From NCBI GenBank assembly GCA_030591685.1, contig JAUVAX010000019.1, positions 1-40,629 on the forward strand: a stretch of DNA of 40,629 nt. Reading direction: 5' to 3'. The translations under genes and the position numbers were made by a program. The notes under the pieces are model-generated. The model searched no databases, was not told the origin of the DNA, and saw only the letters and a list, made by a program, of their open reading frames with translations. Below, in pieces: positions 37,377 to 40,629 of this stretch. Origin of the DNA: Pseudobdellovibrionaceae bacterium. Lineage in GTDB: Bacteria; Bdellovibrionota; Bdellovibrionia; Bdellovibrionales; UBA1609. Within the stretch, counting starts at the first letter, position 1. Each line of letters opens with the position of its first letter.

Positions 37377-38527
37377 ATATGACCTTTATAAACCCTAGGC
37401 ACCCTTTTGCCAACACCGGTTAAGATTTCATAAGAGATCGTGTTTAATTTTTCAGCAATACTCGCCGCTGAAGGACCCTCTTCTGGCCCCCTGCCTATTA
37501 CATACACCCAATCGCCCTGTTGAGCCTTAGTTAAAACAGTAATATCAACCATGCAAAAATCCATACAGATGGTCCCAATTATAAGACACTTGCGGCCAGA
37601 CACTAATACTTCGCCCCTATTACTCAAGGCTCGGCTCAAACCATCAGCATACCCGATAGGCAATACTCCTATAGTTGTTGGCTTTTGAGCCCTCCACGTG
37701 CAGCCATAAGACAGTGACTCCCCCTCCTGAAGCCTATGAGTATGAATAATTTTTGTTTTTAACCCCATAACGGGCTTTAAACCTAAAAGTTTAAGTTTTT
37801 CTTGAGACATTGAGTTTGAAAGCTCACTCATAGCACCGTATAAAGAAATACCAGGGCGAGAGCCTATATTGTTAAATATATCAAAACCAGAATGAACATT
37901 TTTACCAATAAGGCCCGCTGAGTTGAATACATGAAAATTATCTGTGAGCCCTTTAAATGCTTTTTTTATGCTCTCAAACTTTTTAAGCTGTAACGCTGAA
38001 AAGCTCTCACTATGCCCCATATCTTCAGCTAAATTTAAATGAGTGCACACACCTTTAAGTTGGATGTTTTGATTCGACTTTATTTCACTAATTGCTGACT
38101 CTATATGCTCCATATCAAGCCCTAAACGGTTCATCCCTGTATTAATCATTAAGTGAACCGGTTGAGGTTTTGTAAATTCAAACGATGAAAGTATCTTAAA
38201 ATCTGACAGGGTGGCCAACACTGGAGTGAGGCTCAATTGTTGGCTCAACTTTAAGGCCTCTAAGCTAAAGGGCGCAAACACTAAAAGGTGGGGGGCCACT
38301 ATCCCTAACTCTCTTAACTCCTGAGCCTCCTCATAAAGCGCAAGACCAAAATTATCAACACCAAGATCCATCAGAGTTGTTACAACTCTTTCAGCCCCAT
38401 GCCCATAGGCATCGGCCTTCACCATAGGACAAAAAAATAACCCTTTGGGTTGAAGAGACTGCATTTGACGGCAGTTATGGGTTAAGTTATTTAGATTGAT
38501 CTCAACTAATGTGGTCCTTATTGACAA
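37373..38527 (-). CDS. alr: Alanine racemase
   Basis: PLP-Lys motif MVKADAYGHG, NTGMNRLG, RPGISLYG, catalytic Tyr in LSYG, PIGYADG, ICMD. TTG start. Confidence 0.95.
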   Translation of the reverse strand: MSIRTTLVEINLNNLTHNCRQMQSLQPKGLFFCPMVKADAYGHGAERVVTTLMDLGVDNFGLALYEEAQELRELGIVAPHLLVFAPFSLEALKLSQQLSLTPVLATLSDFKILSSFEFTKPQPVHLMINTGMNRLGLDMEHIESAISEIKSNQNIQLKGVCTHLNLAEDMGHSESFSALQLKKFESIKKAFKGLTDNFHVFNSAGLIGKNVHSGFDIFNNIGSRPGISLYGAMSELSNSMSQEKLKLLGLKPVMGLKTKIIHTHRLQEGESLSYGCTWRAQKPTTIGVLPIGYADGLSRALSNRGEVLVSGRKCLIIGTICMDFCMVDITVLTKAQQGDWVYVIGRGPEEGPSAASIAEKLNTISYEILTGVGKRVPRVYKGHI

Positions 38528-38537
38528 ACACAGGCTC

Positions 38538-40049
38538 CTATATTTTTTTTACCAGAAAATCGGGAGTAAAACTCTCACTGACCTGAACAACCCCCACTTG
38601 ATTTTCAGAAGCTTTCATTAATTTTTCTAACACTCCATCGGCTGTAGTAAATAACTCACGACTGTCATGGCAAAAGCTCGGATACTCACTGACCCCAATA
38701 CTAAGAGTGACCTTTGTGTCTCTACTTAATGGTTTAGAAAAGTCAACATCCTCGACCATGGCTCTCAGTCTCTCAGCTTTTATTAAAGCCCCTTCAAAAG
38801 ATGTGTGTGGCAACATAAGTGCAAATTCATTATCTGAAATGCGCCCTAAAACATCGTTTACCCGGCAAGTTTTAGATATGATTTGAGATACTGTTTTTAA
38901 TAAAACCTGTTTGTGATCTATCAAATCGTCTCCCCTTAAAATCTCATTCTCATCTAAAGAAATAATAAGCAAAGAAACGGGCAAAAAAGTTCTTCGGGCT
39001 CTTTTTATTTCGTCTGAAATGTGAGAGAAAAATTTTGTTCTGTTTAACTCGCCGGTGACGTCATCAAAAACACCTAATTGATCCAGCTTGCTCTGTGTCA
39101 ATAACGATAAGCATTTTTGCTCTACAGATTTATGCCTCAGTTGAGGCCGTACACGCTCCTCTTTACTCTTATCATCAGAAAAAATAACAAAAAAACCAAA
39201 AAAAACATCACTAAATTTTAACTCTTTAATTTTATAATTCTCAATATTGAATTTTTGCTTTAGCAGCTCAGTAACTCCTTTAATTTTTTTAGGGGCGGAC
39301 AGGAGCCTTTCAACACCCACCCCTCCTTCGGCTAACAAATCGACAGTTAACCCAGGCACCCCCTGCACATCAAAATACCGGCTGTCTTTAACGGCAAGGA
39401 CTCTATAGTTAGGGTAGTATTTAAAAAATAAAACTTCTGCTTCCGTATTTTCAGTCGAAAGGTACTGCAAATACTCTTGAATAACCTGATCTAGAGATGA
39501 TTGCTCATTTAGTGTGTTTAACCAGCTCAGGTCTGAACTATTAAACACCTCTCCGCCGCCGACGTTTCCACCCATGTTTCCACAGACGTTTTCAGGTAAG
39601 GTATTGTCTAATACCATGGGTATCGACCCCAAGGTCTGTTTAATTTGCTCGTTTTCATAAAACAGATGATCTCTCTCCACAGCCCTGTCTACTGACTTTG
39701 TTAAAAGCCCACCCATCAAGGGGTATTCAATACAATCACAGGCCCCCATATTAAGGTACTCAACGGCGTTTAAAAGAGTTAAATCTGTGGCCACTAAGAT
39801 TAAATGAGACTCCGGGAGGCGATAAAAAATAGATTTAATAAACACGTCGTCAACAAAGCTTCCGTCAAACACGTACACAATAACATGAGGCGGAGACACC
39901 TTAATACTCTCATCAAACTGAGCCTTAGTTTTTAACATTCGCGAAAAATAACCGTGCCCCTGAAGAGCCTCAAAAAGCTCTTTCGAGCGAGCCTGGTTTT
40001 CATCTAAAATACATATTGAGAAATTATCTCTTATTTCTGTCAAATCCAT
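38538..40049 (-). CDS. Pseudo-receiver plus degenerate GGDEF protein (probable c-di-GMP receptor, CdgA-like)
   Basis: REC-like N-terminus; DDVTGELNR; active site reads SDNEF, not GGDEF; I-site RVND five residues upstream; VTLSIGVSEYP. Confidence 0.8.
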   Translation of the reverse strand: MDLTEIRDNFSICILDENQARSKELFEALQGHGYFSRMLKTKAQFDESIKVSPPHVIVYVFDGSFVDDVFIKSIFYRLPESHLILVATDLTLLNAVEYLNMGACDCIEYPLMGGLLTKSVDRAVERDHLFYENEQIKQTLGSIPMVLDNTLPENVCGNMGGNVGGGEVFNSSDLSWLNTLNEQSSLDQVIQEYLQYLSTENTEAEVLFFKYYPNYRVLAVKDSRYFDVQGVPGLTVDLLAEGGVGVERLLSAPKKIKGVTELLKQKFNIENYKIKELKFSDVFFGFFVIFSDDKSKEERVRPQLRHKSVEQKCLSLLTQSKLDQLGVFDDVTGELNRTKFFSHISDEIKRARRTFLPVSLLIISLDENEILRGDDLIDHKQVLLKTVSQIISKTCRVNDVLGRISDNEFALMLPHTSFEGALIKAERLRAMVEDVDFSKPLSRDTKVTLSIGVSEYPSFCHDSRELFTTADGVLEKLMKASENQVGVVQVSESFTPDFLVKKI

Positions 40050-40055
40050 ATTTTT

Positions 40056-40628
40056 TTAATTTCTTACCTTTGGTGGCCTTACTTTAACCTTTTGGTTATC
40101 ATTGTCTTTAGACTTTTGTTCTGAACGTTCAGCTTCTAAGCCCTCACCAGTCGCAGGGTCTTCTCTCTCAGTCTTGCTTACCCGTGTCTCCTGCGAACTT
40201 ATACCACTCAATGAAGTTGCAATCATGAGGTCGGGCATTTCGTCATCATCCTCGTCTTCATCGTTGCGATTTTCTGCGTAAGATTTTGTTAAAGTACTCT
40301 TTGGAGCCTCTGGCCTGTCAGGGGCTTTTACTGAAAAGCTCTCAAGAGAGCTTTCGTGGGCAGCTCCCTCATCCTCATACTTCGCCAAGGGGTTTTTAGT
40401 TGAAAAGCTCACCCATGGGTCGGCCTTATCACCCAAGCCTGACTCTCTAAAGTCAGTGATATCCCCTGATGTCGCGTCGATAAATAAATCTACCTTTTTT
40501 TGAGCCTCTTCAATTTTGTGTACAAGTGGAATTATAAGCTCGAACGCACAGCCCTTGCCTGGCGTATTAGTGATCTTAATATCACCATTATATTTGTGTA
40601 AATGATTTCTTGCAGCGGTGAGCCCTAA
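40056..40628 (-). CDS. C-terminal part of a histidine kinase-type protein (HATPase_c end plus disordered tail); 5' end outside the window
   Basis: Frame of the 126-aa track ORF is open to the edge: LGLTAARNHLHKYNGDIKITNTPGKGCAFELIIP (G2 box and last strands of HATPase_c), then about 155 aa of acidic tail. Confidence 0.75.
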   Translation of the reverse strand, partial: LGLTAARNHLHKYNGDIKITNTPGKGCAFELIIPLVHKIEEAQKKVDLFIDATSGDITDFRESGLGDKADPWVSFSTKNPLAKYEDEGAAHESSLESFSVKAPDRPEAPKSTLTKSYAENRNDEDEDDDEMPDLMIATSLSGISSQETRVSKTEREDPATGEGLEAERSEQKSKDNDNQKVKVRPPKVRN

Positions 40629-40629
40629 A

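Noticed and set aside
38538..40049. Active diguanylate cyclase
   Set aside because: The active-site motif is SDNEF, lacking both glycines and the catalytic acidic residue.
40056..40436. Stand-alone 126-aa acidic protein
   Set aside because: The frame is open to the window edge and includes HATPase motifs, so it is the tail of a larger gene.

Overview
A dense, AT-rich chromosomal window with all genes but one on the minus strand. Gene content and order point to a predatory Bdellovibrionota-type bacterium (inference). In transcription order (right to left): (1) a long co-oriented block of a partial histidine kinase, a pseudo-receiver/degenerate GGDEF protein (CdgA-like), alr, mlaE, mlaF, a long mlaD with a putative C-terminal beta-barrel, purH, a GYF-TM-TPR protein and a secreted hypothetical; (2) an outer-membrane beta-barrel, rsmI, a Nudix hydrolase and a convergent HAD hydrolase; (3) an Agl-Glt-type gliding cluster: a tandem GYF-GYF-PilZ gene, aglR/Q/S-like motor genes, gltD/E/F/G-like genes, then a GltA/B-like barrel, a GltC-like gene and a secreted coiled-coil protein; (4) an orphan secreted protein; (5) a complex I operon with only the peripheral arm (nuoB, CD, E, F, G, I); (6) a type IVa pilus operon pilH-I-D-M-N-O-P-Q, with pilQ cut by the window edge. 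I saw no tRNA, rRNA, CRISPR array or mobile element. Best candidate for an undescribed system: a c-di-GMP clutch or brake on the gliding motor. The GYF-GYF-PilZ protein is encoded directly upstream of an AglR whose cytoplasmic tail ends in a PPP motif, and the AglQ-like subunit lacks the canonical proton-binding Asp. All calls are by eye from motifs and synteny; no searches were run.
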